64,000 bases of DNA, from the NCBI GenBank assembly GCA_023255625.1, contig JAHFLF010000002.1, positions 39,734 through 103,733 on the forward strand, read 5' to 3'. This DNA comes from Candidatus Harrisonbacteria bacterium. GTDB lineage: Bacteria > Patescibacteriota > Minisyncoccia > UBA6257 > 1-14-0-10-44-23. A model generated the notes under the pieces. The model saw only the letters and a list, made by a program, of their open reading frames with translations. It was not told the origin of the DNA and ran no database searches. Every line of letters begins with the position of its first letter. The first letter of the stretch is position 1. The translations under genes and the position numbers were made by a program. Shown here piece after piece: positions 10,208-20,776 of this stretch.

Positions 10208-10978
10208 TTAAGTAATAAATGCTCGATTTAATCCAAACAGAAAACCGTTGTGTTTTGCTACGATAAAATTATTTTTACGCAAAATTTCGATCAATGGTTC
10301 TGGTTTCTGTTCAGGTTCAAAATGGTGATACTCCATGGCAATTTTTTTGATTCGGGCAAAATCAGCCGCTACCATCGAAGGTATAATTTTATATTCCGCG
10401 CCCTCACAATCCATTTTTAGAAAATCAATTTTGCCGATCGCCTGCTGCTCGCAAAAAGAAGCGAAACTTATCGTCTTGACCTCCACGATTTTTGCATCCT
10501 CGTCTCTCTTTGAAAAGCTATGCCGTGCGCTATTTTTTGATGAAAGGTAAAATTTTTCTGTGCCATTCTTATCTGCAAGTGCAACTGGCAATACAGTAAC
10601 ATTGGCAAGTTTATTAGCTGAAACATTTTGGCGAATCCGCTGGGCGAGTTCTGGAACCGGCTCAAGGGCGAAGACATGTCCTTTGTTAGCTCGCTGGGCA
10701 GCTAAAACGGTAAATGTACCAGTATTACTGCCAATATCAACTACGATGTCTGCGGGACCTATGTCGAAAAACGGCGGCGTGTACACCTTTTCATACCAAA
10801 TTTCTGTTAAAATAGACAGTTCGGCCCTACCGATTTGACCATTTTCATTCATAAATTTTGTACCGTCGCGCATAAGGATTTCCTGCACTGGAAACCTGGT
10901 TAATTTAGAAAAAAGAATCAGCATCCAGTTTGCGCACAGGGTTCTGACCGCAGAGAAGGTAAAAAGAAAGGTATTCAT
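10208..10978 (-). CDS. FkbM-family methyltransferase (second copy)
   Basis: VVDIGSNTGTFTVLAA...ALEPVPE...KMDCEGAEY. Confidence 0.7.
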   Translation of the reverse strand: MNTFLFTFSAVRTLCANWMLILFSKLTRFPVQEILMRDGTKFMNENGQIGRAELSILTEIWYEKVYTPPFFDIGPADIVVDIGSNTGTFTVLAAQRANKGHVFALEPVPELAQRIRQNVSANKLANVTVLPVALADKNGTEKFYLSSKNSARHSFSKRDEDAKIVEVKTISFASFCEQQAIGKIDFLKMDCEGAEYKIIPSMVAADFARIKKIAMEYHHFEPEQKPEPLIEILRKNNFIVAKHNGFLFGLNRAFIT

Positions 10979-11005
10979 AAAGGATTATTGTAACAGTTTT
11001 TGTGA

Positions 11006-12088
11006 TTATTTGAAAGAAAAAAGTTCGTCTAATTTTTTATCCGTTATCATCTCTGTATAACCATGGATTATTAACTTACGCGCTTTTATATTATGATCGT
11101 GCGCTAGTTCTATATTCTCTAAATATTTGTTTAAGTTTATGGCGAGTTGATCCGGATTGTAAAGCGAGTGAAAAAGCGCGCAATCGGTAAAAACAGTATT
11201 AAATTGAATAGTGTTTGGCAGACAAAGAGCCAGTCCTGAAAGCGCCGCTTCATAAACTGACAAATGCTGGCCGCTGCTGATTGCTGAATTGACAAAAATT
11301 GCAAAGGTCGGTAGCAACCGCGAAAGCTCGCTATGCGGAATGTATCCATGTTCTTTGATGCTACTACGAATACCTAAATGATCTACGAGTTCATGAAATT
11401 CCGGTATTCGAATTTCGCCAATAATGTGTAATTTAATTTTGGGTTTATTCATGTGCACCTGTGCGAATGCTCGCAAAATCGTCGGCAGATCATTGTCTGG
11501 TGTAACATTGCCAAGATAGACGATGTCATTCCCCGGGGTGATGTTGGGTTTGAACAGATAAGTATCAATCGCAATCGGCACTACAAAAATTTTCCCGGAG
11601 GCGATCCCCTGCCGGACGAGAAATTCTTTTTCACCCGGCGCTATGACTCTAATTCTCCAATAAAATCGCAACGCGGCTGTTTCAATAAATTGCTTTAGAC
11701 GAGAACGGCGAATAATGCTGTCGTGCGCCATAAACACTGTTTTTCGACAGAATAGCGGCACTAAAAGGAAGTTCTGCCAGATAACCGAGTTGGCATACAC
11801 GAGTGCGTGCCGGTTTATCCAAAGAAAACGGATCATCTGCCACAGACCGTCGTACTTCACGATTTGAGTTTCCGGGTCAAAGTGCGGATCATCCTGAATT
11901 CTTACCGTCGGAGAAATCATATAACCGATCGTTTTATAGCCTGCTTCTTTGGCCAGTCGGAGAGCGTTCAGTTGGTAATTCTGAACTTTAGAAAAACCGA
12001 AAAATTGCTTATGATAACCCCAGATGATGGAAACGAAAACTTTTTGTTGTGTCATAGTGCCTTTGTATAGTACCCTTAGGAGATACAC
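11006..12088 (-). CDS. Glycosyltransferase (GT-B fold)
   Basis: Length and C-terminal segment (HLSVYEAALSGLALCLPNT) fit GT1/GT4. Start abuts the divergent flippase gene. Confidence 0.5.
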   Translation of the reverse strand: MYLLRVLYKGTMTQQKVFVSIIWGYHKQFFGFSKVQNYQLNALRLAKEAGYKTIGYMISPTVRIQDDPHFDPETQIVKYDGLWQMIRFLWINRHALVYANSVIWQNFLLVPLFCRKTVFMAHDSIIRRSRLKQFIETAALRFYWRIRVIAPGEKEFLVRQGIASGKIFVVPIAIDTYLFKPNITPGNDIVYLGNVTPDNDLPTILRAFAQVHMNKPKIKLHIIGEIRIPEFHELVDHLGIRSSIKEHGYIPHSELSRLLPTFAIFVNSAISSGQHLSVYEAALSGLALCLPNTIQFNTVFTDCALFHSLYNPDQLAINLNKYLENIELAHDHNIKARKLIIHGYTEMITDKKLDELFSFK

Positions 12089-13360
12089 ATGGCAACGCTA
12101 CGCGAACTTTTCTTCACAAATACAACAACGCGACATACTGTTATCCGGAACGGTTTTTGGCGCAGTTTTTCTATTGGCTTTAACAAATTGATCCGTCTTT
12201 TAGCGATTTTACTGGCGGCCAGATGGCTCGGCCCGACACTTTTTGGCGAATACAGTTATGTTGTTTCTCTAATGACGCTCGCATTTATTTTTTCGGATTG
12301 GGGAATTAATCTTCTGCTGACTAGAGATCTGCAGCAGAAAAAAGACGGAAATAAAGTTTTTTCTGTCGCTCTTGCTGCTAAACTGCTGATTAACATCGCT
12401 GCCGCGATTGTCGGTTTGGCGCTGCCCTTTTTTGTCAGTGGCGCTCCGGTAATTTTATGCAGCATCATTGTCGCTTCAATGGTTGTCGGTAATATCAGAG
12501 AATTATTTGTAAATGCGATTATCGCAAGGCAACGAGGAGAACTTGAAGCGATTGTTTCCGTCTTAGAAGGAATTTTAACGGTTTTTTTAATTTTCACTTT
12601 GCTTACTGGCTATAGAACCGGCTCCGGTTTCGCACTGATAAATCTGATCACTAATTCAGCCGCATTGGTAATTTGTATCGGTTTAGTTTATCACTGGCTG
12701 GGCTTTCGATTCAAATATGTATCGCCTTCAGAAATCACTCTTTTTTTGAAGGCCGGACTGCCACTCGCACTTTTTGGGATTATCGGATATATCTTTTTTG
12801 CTTCAGATCAGCTTTTTATCAAGCATTATCTAGGCATAGAGCAGGTTGGTTACTACGCCCTAGCAACGCGAGTAATTTATGCAGCGCAATTACTACCTAG
12901 TTTGATAGTTTCAGTTTTGTTTCCAGTCATTTCGCGTTATGCGACAGACCGAGAGCGTCTTGAACCGCTTTTCAAAAAAATATTTTGGCTGCTTGTGGGA
13001 ATCGGCGCTCTTGTCGCCGGCATTATTTTTATCGCAAAGCCGCTTCTGATTATTGCCGCCCCTCAATATTTATCAGCATTACCGATTGTATCCGGGCTTA
13101 GCGGTATTCTAATTTTCATGTTTCCTTCGGTCTGGCTCGATAGTGTGCTTGTCGCGCTGAATAAACAAAAACAGGATTTTTATCTAACTTTTGGCGCGGC
13201 CGGTTTAAACATTATTTTACTTTTTATACTTGTCCAACCATATGGATTTTCTGGCGCGGTGTACGCAACTATCATCAGCCAGGCAATCAATACGGTCGCT
13301 ACCTATATTTATGCCTGGTTGGTGATCCAGAAAATCCAACCGGCAAAAATAATGGCCTAA
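12089..13360 (+). CDS. Wzx-type oligosaccharide/polysaccharide flippase (MOP superfamily)
   Basis: About 12 TM segments, with the N-terminal pattern of polysaccharide biosynthesis protein/Wzx. Confidence 0.7.
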   Translation: MATLRELFFTNTTTRHTVIRNGFWRSFSIGFNKLIRLLAILLAARWLGPTLFGEYSYVVSLMTLAFIFSDWGINLLLTRDLQQKKDGNKVFSVALAAKLLINIAAAIVGLALPFFVSGAPVILCSIIVASMVVGNIRELFVNAIIARQRGELEAIVSVLEGILTVFLIFTLLTGYRTGSGFALINLITNSAALVICIGLVYHWLGFRFKYVSPSEITLFLKAGLPLALFGIIGYIFFASDQLFIKHYLGIEQVGYYALATRVIYAAQLLPSLIVSVLFPVISRYATDRERLEPLFKKIFWLLVGIGALVAGIIFIAKPLLIIAAPQYLSALPIVSGLSGILIFMFPSVWLDSVLVALNKQKQDFYLTFGAAGLNIILLFILVQPYGFSGAVYATIISQAINTVATYIYAWLVIQKIQPAKIMA

Positions 13361-13390
13361 CATTGTTTGCGTACCGCACCGAGCGCTTTT

Positions 13391-14047
13391 TTATGATTGC
13401 GAGTATTTAATTTTAAAAAAATAAAATGCTTTGCGAACCAAGTGAAAGCGTTTTAAAAAACGATAATATAGGAATTTCGGCCAACTAAAATAATCAGTGC
13501 GCGTAACCTCCCGTAAACCCCACTGTTGCTTAAATTTTGCCACAGAAGCAAGCGCCGGATCCGGACAGCCCATGTATTGCAGTAAGCCAAAATTAAAGTG
13601 GGAGAACCCTTTGGCTCGTAAATCAAGAAACATTTCCCAAAATAAGAGATAGTTAGCACGTTCGTTTGGATAATTGTTATCCCAGGCGAATGCACGGCCA
13701 ACAGCTATATCACCCGGGCCGATGTCCGAAGCCCTTTCTTTTGTCACAAAATAACAAGAAAGCAGCTGGCCGTTTTGCATTGCCCCGTAACCAATAGCCA
13801 TCGAATCGGTGACTATATTTTTATAAAATTGATCATAAGGTATCTCTATAAAAGCGAGGTGCCGCTTAATAAGCGTCTGACACTCGGCAAGAAGCGCAGA
13901 ATTATTTTTATCAATCTCCACGACATACACTTCTTTTTTGCGCGCCTGCCGAATTTTTTTGCGGGTATCCTTGCTAAGTCGCTGTTCGTACTGTGCAAGC
14001 GGCGCAGTAAGATCGACAATGGCAAGAGTATACGATACTGAAGGCAT
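13391..14047 (-). CDS. FemAB/Acetyltransf_6-like GNAT-fold acyltransferase (putative)
   Basis: YLLFWEMFLDLRAKGFSHFNFGL resembles the W-E-x3-AK-x-G-x3-FDFGG motif. Confidence 0.4.
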   Translation of the reverse strand: MPSVSYTLAIVDLTAPLAQYEQRLSKDTRKKIRQARKKEVYVVEIDKNNSALLAECQTLIKRHLAFIEIPYDQFYKNIVTDSMAIGYGAMQNGQLLSCYFVTKERASDIGPGDIAVGRAFAWDNNYPNERANYLLFWEMFLDLRAKGFSHFNFGLLQYMGCPDPALASVAKFKQQWGLREVTRTDYFSWPKFLYYRFLKRFHLVRKAFYFFKIKYSQS

Positions 14048-14051
14048 GTCT

Positions 14052-15158
14052 TTACGACGCTAAAAACAATTTATAAATGATTCCAGTTTCATTGAACATT
14101 TTATCGTCGGTAAATTCAGCTGCTCGAAGAAGTGCCGCCTCGCCAAAGTGCTGGCGCAATATAGGGTCAATAATAATTCCTCTAAGTCCTTTTTCAATGG
14201 ATTCCGGGCTTTCAGAGCTAACAACTATTGCACTTTGCCCTAATGTTTCGGCTACACCACCAACATCAGTGGCGATAATCGGCAAACCGGCCTGCATCGC
14301 TTCAAGGATCGCAAACGGCATCCCTTCTTTGCGCGACGGCAAAACAAAAATATCAAACGCTTTGAGCAGCCGCGCGGCTGATTTTTGTGCGCCGCAAAAT
14401 TTAATTACTTTTGAAAGTCCCTGTAAAGTAACCATTTTCTCTAATTTCTCTCGTTGCGGGCCTTCACCGATAATTGCGATCATGGTAATTTTTTCTAAAA
14501 TATCCGGCGATAACTTGGCCGCTGCTTGAATAAGAATATCCACGCCTTTATTCGGATACAGATTCGCAATAGTTCCAATGCATAATCCATCAGCAGGCAA
14601 ACCCAGCTGCTGCCGCGCCGCCTGCTTGCCCAAAAAATCCATCGCCGGGATTCCGTTATGAATAATCTGCATCTTTTCTGCGCTAGCGCATTTAGAAGAC
14701 AGCAGTCCATTGTAGTCCTCCTGCGAAACCGCGATTGTATATGCTCGGCGACGGGCAGCCCGGCGCTCTAAAAATCCATAGAATGACTTTTTCAACGCGC
14801 TTAGCGCTTCATTAAGCACCAGCCCGTGAACTGTGTAAATGACCGGAATCGAACTTTTTTTCGCCGCAAAACTACCGATAACTCCCGCTTTTGAAGAATT
14901 AAGATGAATAAGATCCGGCTTAACTTCGGCTATCACTTTACGCAGTTCAAAGTACGCGGCCAAATCATGATACGGAGAGATATCCCGTTTCAGGTGTTTC
15001 AGGCGGATAGTTTCGATACCCAATCTTTTTGCCTCTTCAAAAAGCCAGTCATGTTCTATGCCACAGCCAATAATACCCCCAAAGTATTTAGCTAATTGCA
15101 ATGTATAGGTTTGGGCTCCACCTAAATCAGCGGAGGTAACTATATAAAGAATCTTCAT
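14052..15158 (-). CDS. Glycosyltransferase family 4
   Basis: MKILYIVTSADLGGAQTY... N-domain and EGMPFAILEAMQAGLPIIATDVGG C-domain. Confidence 0.8.
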   Translation of the reverse strand: MKILYIVTSADLGGAQTYTLQLAKYFGGIIGCGIEHDWLFEEAKRLGIETIRLKHLKRDISPYHDLAAYFELRKVIAEVKPDLIHLNSSKAGVIGSFAAKKSSIPVIYTVHGLVLNEALSALKKSFYGFLERRAARRRAYTIAVSQEDYNGLLSSKCASAEKMQIIHNGIPAMDFLGKQAARQQLGLPADGLCIGTIANLYPNKGVDILIQAAAKLSPDILEKITMIAIIGEGPQREKLEKMVTLQGLSKVIKFCGAQKSAARLLKAFDIFVLPSRKEGMPFAILEAMQAGLPIIATDVGGVAETLGQSAIVVSSESPESIEKGLRGIIIDPILRQHFGEAALLRAAEFTDDKMFNETGIIYKLFLAS

Positions 15159-15182
15159 ACGGTAATCCTTAAGTATCTCGAA

Positions 15183-15482
15183 CTATTTTCTATTCTTTAG
15201 CCGCTCAATCGCTTTGGTAAGACGGCTTCTCTGCCCTTCGTTCCATCTCTTAGAAATTTCAATCAGTCGCCGAATGAATTCTACTTGATCCGGTTCGGTC
15301 AAATCATCAAAAATCATTGCAAAATTTAGAAGTATTTTTGCGGTGGCCTCATCCTCTGTAAGTGCAGGATCAAGGGCGAGGGCAGCAATATCAGCCAGCT
15401 GGTCCGGCTGTATTCTTGACTCTGGGGTTTTGGCTTCATCAGCTATAGATTGAAGGGCTCTTTCAAGCTGGTCATTACTCAT
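15183..15482 (-). CDS. Hypothetical small protein
   Basis: ORF only. Confidence 0.3.
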   Translation of the reverse strand: MSNDQLERALQSIADEAKTPESRIQPDQLADIAALALDPALTEDEATAKILLNFAMIFDDLTEPDQVEFIRRLIEISKRWNEGQRSRLTKAIERLKNRK

Positions 15483-15494
15483 TTTGATGGAACT

Positions 15495-16103
15495 CTAATT
15501 TTGATTAATTTTTATTCTGTCGTGTCTGTGATAATAACTCATAATGATTCCCGCCGGAATAGCGCCTAAAAGGTTGAAAAGCAAATCGAGTGCATTATTC
15601 ATGTAGTCCCCAATCTCTTTTCCAGCATTCAGGAAAACAACCGCAAAAAGTTCCATAATCTCGTTCAGCACACCAACCCCTATTGTAAGAAGAATTATCA
15701 AAAGGGCAAGCAGGAAGAGATTATGTTTTATTTTTTGATCAAGATGCGGAGCCAGCAAGCTGTAGATAATAAGACCGAGAACAAAAGAACCCCAAAGATG
15801 AATAATATTGTCATAGCGCAGAATATCCTGAATAAACCATAGATCATAGAGCCGTACTCCATGCACGGCGATGTTTATACCCGCCACGTGCAAAAGACCG
15901 AGAACAGAAAGTCCGGCAATAATACTCGGCGCTATGTGAAGCGTCTTGTGAAAGTAATAAATTAGCGCTACCGGCAAGCTGATAAAAAAAGCAGTAATGA
16001 AAAATTCATATTTCCCGGCTTGCACCGCTATTAAACCGAAAAAAAGCAGGTAGCTGATGTTAAAAAACAGAAGCGCATTAAAACTTTTTTGGGTTTGCGT
16101 CAT
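15495..16103 (-). CDS. Hypothetical integral membrane protein
   Basis: Five to six hydrophobic helices; no recognised motif. Confidence 0.35.
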   Translation of the reverse strand: MTQTQKSFNALLFFNISYLLFFGLIAVQAGKYEFFITAFFISLPVALIYYFHKTLHIAPSIIAGLSVLGLLHVAGINIAVHGVRLYDLWFIQDILRYDNIIHLWGSFVLGLIIYSLLAPHLDQKIKHNLFLLALLIILLTIGVGVLNEIMELFAVVFLNAGKEIGDYMNNALDLLFNLLGAIPAGIIMSYYHRHDRIKINQN

Positions 16104-16259
16104 AGTTTGACTGCTGGCAAATTATTAGGATTCTTGCTATTAATTATAGTTATAGTATAGAGCATTTGGTGGGGTCGTCCCAGTACCAGAGCACGAAGTC
16201 TTGTTCCCGATTTGTCTGCGAGAACTTGAGCAGGTACAAATCGTAATCCCGTCCAAAGC

Positions 16260-16344
16260 GGAGGTGTCGCATAGCGGCTTAGTGCGCAGTCTTGGAAAGA
16301 CTGTGTGCCGAAAGGCACCGTGAGTTCGAATCTCACCACCTCCG
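16260..16344 (+). tRNA. tRNA-Ser (anticodon GGA), class II with long variable arm
   Basis: Hand-folded cloverleaf: acceptor GGAGGTG/CACCTCC, anticodon stem CAGTC/GACTG with loop TTGGAAA, variable arm GTGCC-GAAA-GGCAC, T-arm GTGAG-TTCGAAT-CTCAC, discriminator G. Confidence 0.85.
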
Positions 16345-16390
16345 CTTTGGACGGGAGAAAGGCGGCATGCCGAAAGTTTACCCGCCTTGG

Positions 16391-16425
16391 GCGGGGCATC
16401 GAGGGTTCAAATCTCTCCCCCACCG
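16391..16425 (+). ncRNA. tRNA-like fragment: GC hairpin, T-arm and acceptor-like 3' strand, with no recognisable 5' half
   Basis: CCCGCC-TT-GGGCGGG hairpin, then GAGGG-TTCAAAT-CTCTC (T-arm-like), then CCCCACC-G. The complementary GGTGGGG occurs only at 16168-16174, upstream of tRNA-Ser. Confidence 0.3.
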
Positions 16426-16453
16426 TAGGCATATTTATTATCGACAAAAGTGT

Positions 16454-17743
16454 CTATTGTCGGCCAAACAAACGGCGAAGAAAAGATGGCTTTTGTACTG
16501 GTTCTGCCGGTTTTTTTGGCGCAGGCACAGGTGAGTCAATATCCCATGATTCATCTGGCGTAACAGGCGCGCTTCTCTCAACGCGCTGCGTCTGCAGAGT
16601 TGGCATTTTTTGTATCGGTCGAGAAGTTGTAGATCCCGGCTCGAAAACCACAGCCCCATTGCATAAAGAAAAGGGTTTCGATCGGCCTATCGGATCCAGA
16701 AATTTATTGAGGGTAACAGTATAAGAGAAGCCGTCAGGCGGCATTAGCGTAACATTGACCCGAAATTCAACATCTCCGTCATGGTGGGTTGAGCCGTAAC
16801 TGCCGGGGCGTTCCGAGTACAAATGTAGGATTGCGTCAACAACATATTCCGCATCATTTTTTCTATAAAACTTGAATTCTGATGGGTCCACATTAGTTAG
16901 TCGCCCAGATGGCAGTCCTTCCTGAACACTTGAATTCTGGGCAGAAAAAATTTGCTCATTGCGTATTGCTCTTAGCTCTGGCGGCCATTTTCCTGGCTCC
17001 GTCTCAATACGAGTTAGGGCGGGTTCACTCGTAGAAACTTTTTCAACGGGCTTGGGTGCTGGCGCTGGCTCAACTGCCCGGCGGACTACCGGAGCCGCCG
17101 GCGCTGGCAGAACAGGCCTTTCTATTTTTACGGGCGGCCTTGGCGCTTCTCTTAACTTCGCATATCTTCCATTGCCATATATAGCTGGTTCTAAAGTAGT
17201 ATAGGTTCTCTTTTCGTCATGCATTCCGTCAGGCACGCTCTCAAAGGAAAATAATCCTGGAATTGCGAATGATTCTTCAGAATTTGCAACTTGACCTCCG
17301 ACATAATACTGAAAGTCGCTACCTGGATCAGACGAAACGCACATATCTAACAAACGGCACGCTCTTCTAAACGCATCCTGAATTTTTGGAATTTTTCTTG
17401 CGACCTCTTGTGATAGGGGTTTTGCAATATCGTCTTTGGTAGAAGATTCAAAAGCATATACGCCATTTTTTCCTCGTACTGCACCCCTGAAAATGCTCTG
17501 AAATAGTATATGGACAATCGTTCTTTGCTGCTCTATCTTTTTTCCTTGATCTGCAAGTTTGCCGACATTTTGATAGTCAAGCAAAATGTGTCGGATGTAT
17601 CTGTCCTCTCCTGGATCAAATTCAGGCAGAAGTTCTAATATATCTCTTAGTTCAGCCGGTGCCGCCGCTATCTCTTCTGGTGTTAATCGTTTTGGCGCAC
17701 CAGTGGGAGCCCGCCCCATCGCCCCGTCAAAATTTTCAGACAT
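16454..17743 (-). CDS. Hypothetical protein with Pro/Ala-rich linker
   Basis: Long ORF; central PAPAAPVVRRAVEPAPAPKP linker; no known motif. Confidence 0.4.
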   Translation of the reverse strand: MSENFDGAMGRAPTGAPKRLTPEEIAAAPAELRDILELLPEFDPGEDRYIRHILLDYQNVGKLADQGKKIEQQRTIVHILFQSIFRGAVRGKNGVYAFESSTKDDIAKPLSQEVARKIPKIQDAFRRACRLLDMCVSSDPGSDFQYYVGGQVANSEESFAIPGLFSFESVPDGMHDEKRTYTTLEPAIYGNGRYAKLREAPRPPVKIERPVLPAPAAPVVRRAVEPAPAPKPVEKVSTSEPALTRIETEPGKWPPELRAIRNEQIFSAQNSSVQEGLPSGRLTNVDPSEFKFYRKNDAEYVVDAILHLYSERPGSYGSTHHDGDVEFRVNVTLMPPDGFSYTVTLNKFLDPIGRSKPFSLCNGAVVFEPGSTTSRPIQKMPTLQTQRVERSAPVTPDESWDIDSPVPAPKKPAEPVQKPSFLRRLFGRQ

Positions 17744-17775
17744 AAAAACGAGGTTATATTTTATCTACCAAATTA

Positions 17776-18477
17776 TTACGAATGTATCATCGTCCCCTGT
17801 GCCTCTCTGCCTTCAATCAGATTGCGGAGATTGACTAAATCGCGGCCATTTGCCATACAGACCGTCAGATTGTGCTCTGCGGCGTGTTTTGCTGCGGTTG
17901 GGTCAAACGGGGCGCTCATGCCCGGTTTCCAGTCATTTGGAATATAACCCATGTACTCTTTCCAAGTTACATCAAAAAGTTTTTTAGCGCTCGGATCCTT
18001 TTTCGGGTCTGCAGTATACACAAAATCAGCGGTACTCAAGTTAATGACCGCCTCTCCGCCGTAATGAATGGCTAACATTGCTGAATCGTGGTCTGACGAA
18101 CGGCCTGGAATCCAGCCGCTGCCAATTACAACCGGTTTAGTTACGGCCGGCGGATGCGAGGGGTCCTCAATGACCTCGGGGTGTGCGATGTCGGTTAGGA
18201 TACTACGCAGAAGTTGGGCGTTTAGCCGCGTACTGGCGATGCCAATCCAGTCAAGGTCTGCATCTGTCGGTTTCCCGACTGTCCGCGCGGCCTCTTGATA
18301 TACTCTACACAACCTTCCTCCGCCGGTAATAATAATGAAACGATACCCCTCGCTTACATATTGACGAATCTCGTTGGCAAATTCTTTCAGGTAAGCAACA
18401 TCAAGTTCGTTCGGATAAAAAATAGAGCCGCCCAAAGAGATAACAATTAGCTTTTGCTTATCAAAATTGAATTTCAT
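17776..18477 (-). CDS. Amino-acid-kinase family protein, UMP kinase (PyrH)-like, short archaeal/CPR type
   Basis: LVISLGGS...IIITGGG...SDHDSAMLA fits the uridylate/carbamate kinase fold; about 230 aa. Confidence 0.55.
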   Translation of the reverse strand: MKFNFDKQKLIVISLGGSIFYPNELDVAYLKEFANEIRQYVSEGYRFIIITGGGRLCRVYQEAARTVGKPTDADLDWIGIASTRLNAQLLRSILTDIAHPEVIEDPSHPPAVTKPVVIGSGWIPGRSSDHDSAMLAIHYGGEAVINLSTADFVYTADPKKDPSAKKLFDVTWKEYMGYIPNDWKPGMSAPFDPTAAKHAAEHNLTVCMANGRDLVNLRNLIEGREAQGTMIHS

Positions 18478-18609
18478 ACAGTTTATTATAGCAAATCAGC
18501 GCTGGTTTAGCGCTAGCGGCAATTCTCGGAGCAGCTTGGCTGTGAGAGCATAGGGCCATTTTCCAGCAGAAAAATACGCCTGGTGCCGTCTGCGCTAAAC
18601 CCGTGCTGA

Positions 18610-20268
<1,659 letters not shown>

Positions 20269-20378
20269 TTAATTTTCATTTTATAATTTTCATTTTTCAA
20301 ACAATTTTCAATTCTTTAATTTCGAAATTTCTAGATTGGAAATTGTTTGGGAATTGAAAATTGAAAATTAGAAATTCT

Positions 20379-20666
20379 TCAAACGAGTACGGCTAGCACA
20401 TCATCTTCATCTCCGACCAAATATTTTTTTCCTTCAATTTCTATCTCATCCGGACCGTATTTTTTGAATAAAACTTTGTCGCCGACTTTAACCGTCATAG
20501 CAACCAGTTTTCCCTCGACAGTTTTACCCGGGCCGACAGCCACCACCGTACCCATCATGGGTTTTTCACCGGAGCTGTTCTCTGGCAGTACAATTCCCGA
20601 CTTGGTTGTTTTTTCAGCGCTAAGCCCCTCAATAAATAGCCGATTAGATAGTGGTTTAAAGTTCAT
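20379..20666 (-). CDS. groS: Co-chaperonin GroES (Cpn10)
   Basis: MNFKPLSNRLFIE...KTTKSGIVLPE...GTVVAVGPG. Confidence 0.9.
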   Translation of the reverse strand: MNFKPLSNRLFIEGLSAEKTTKSGIVLPENSSGEKPMMGTVVAVGPGKTVEGKLVAMTVKVGDKVLFKKYGPDEIEIEGKKYLVGDEDDVLAVLV

Positions 20667-20735
20667 AAGAGCTACGAATTACGAATATTGTACAAAAGTA
20701 CGAATATATTAGATATAAAATAACCGACTTGATAA

Positions 20736-20764
20736 AAATTTTAGCATTTTAGAGCCGATTTTAT
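20736..20764 (-). promoter_or_regulatory. Putative sigma70 promoter for groES-groEL (TTGACG-17-TAAAAT on the minus strand)
   Basis: -35 at 20759-20764 and -10 at 20736-20741, about 70 nt upstream of the groES ATG. The 5' UTR has three ATTCGTA(C/A) direct repeats; no canonical CIRCE seen. Confidence 0.45.
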
Positions 20765-20776
20765 GAATCGTCAATG

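Noticed and set aside
16168-16428. tmRNA spanning GGTGGGG (16168) to the T-arm/CCCCACC (16424)
   Set aside because: The interval contains a complete canonical tRNA-Ser and no tag-peptide reading frame ending in a stop codon. The 5' region does not resemble a tmRNA D-loop/P2 region.
16100-16447. 115-aa minus-strand ORF covering the tRNA-Ser region
   Set aside because: It overlaps a well-formed tRNA gene and its extended stem. No SD; reading through stable RNA structure. Spurious.
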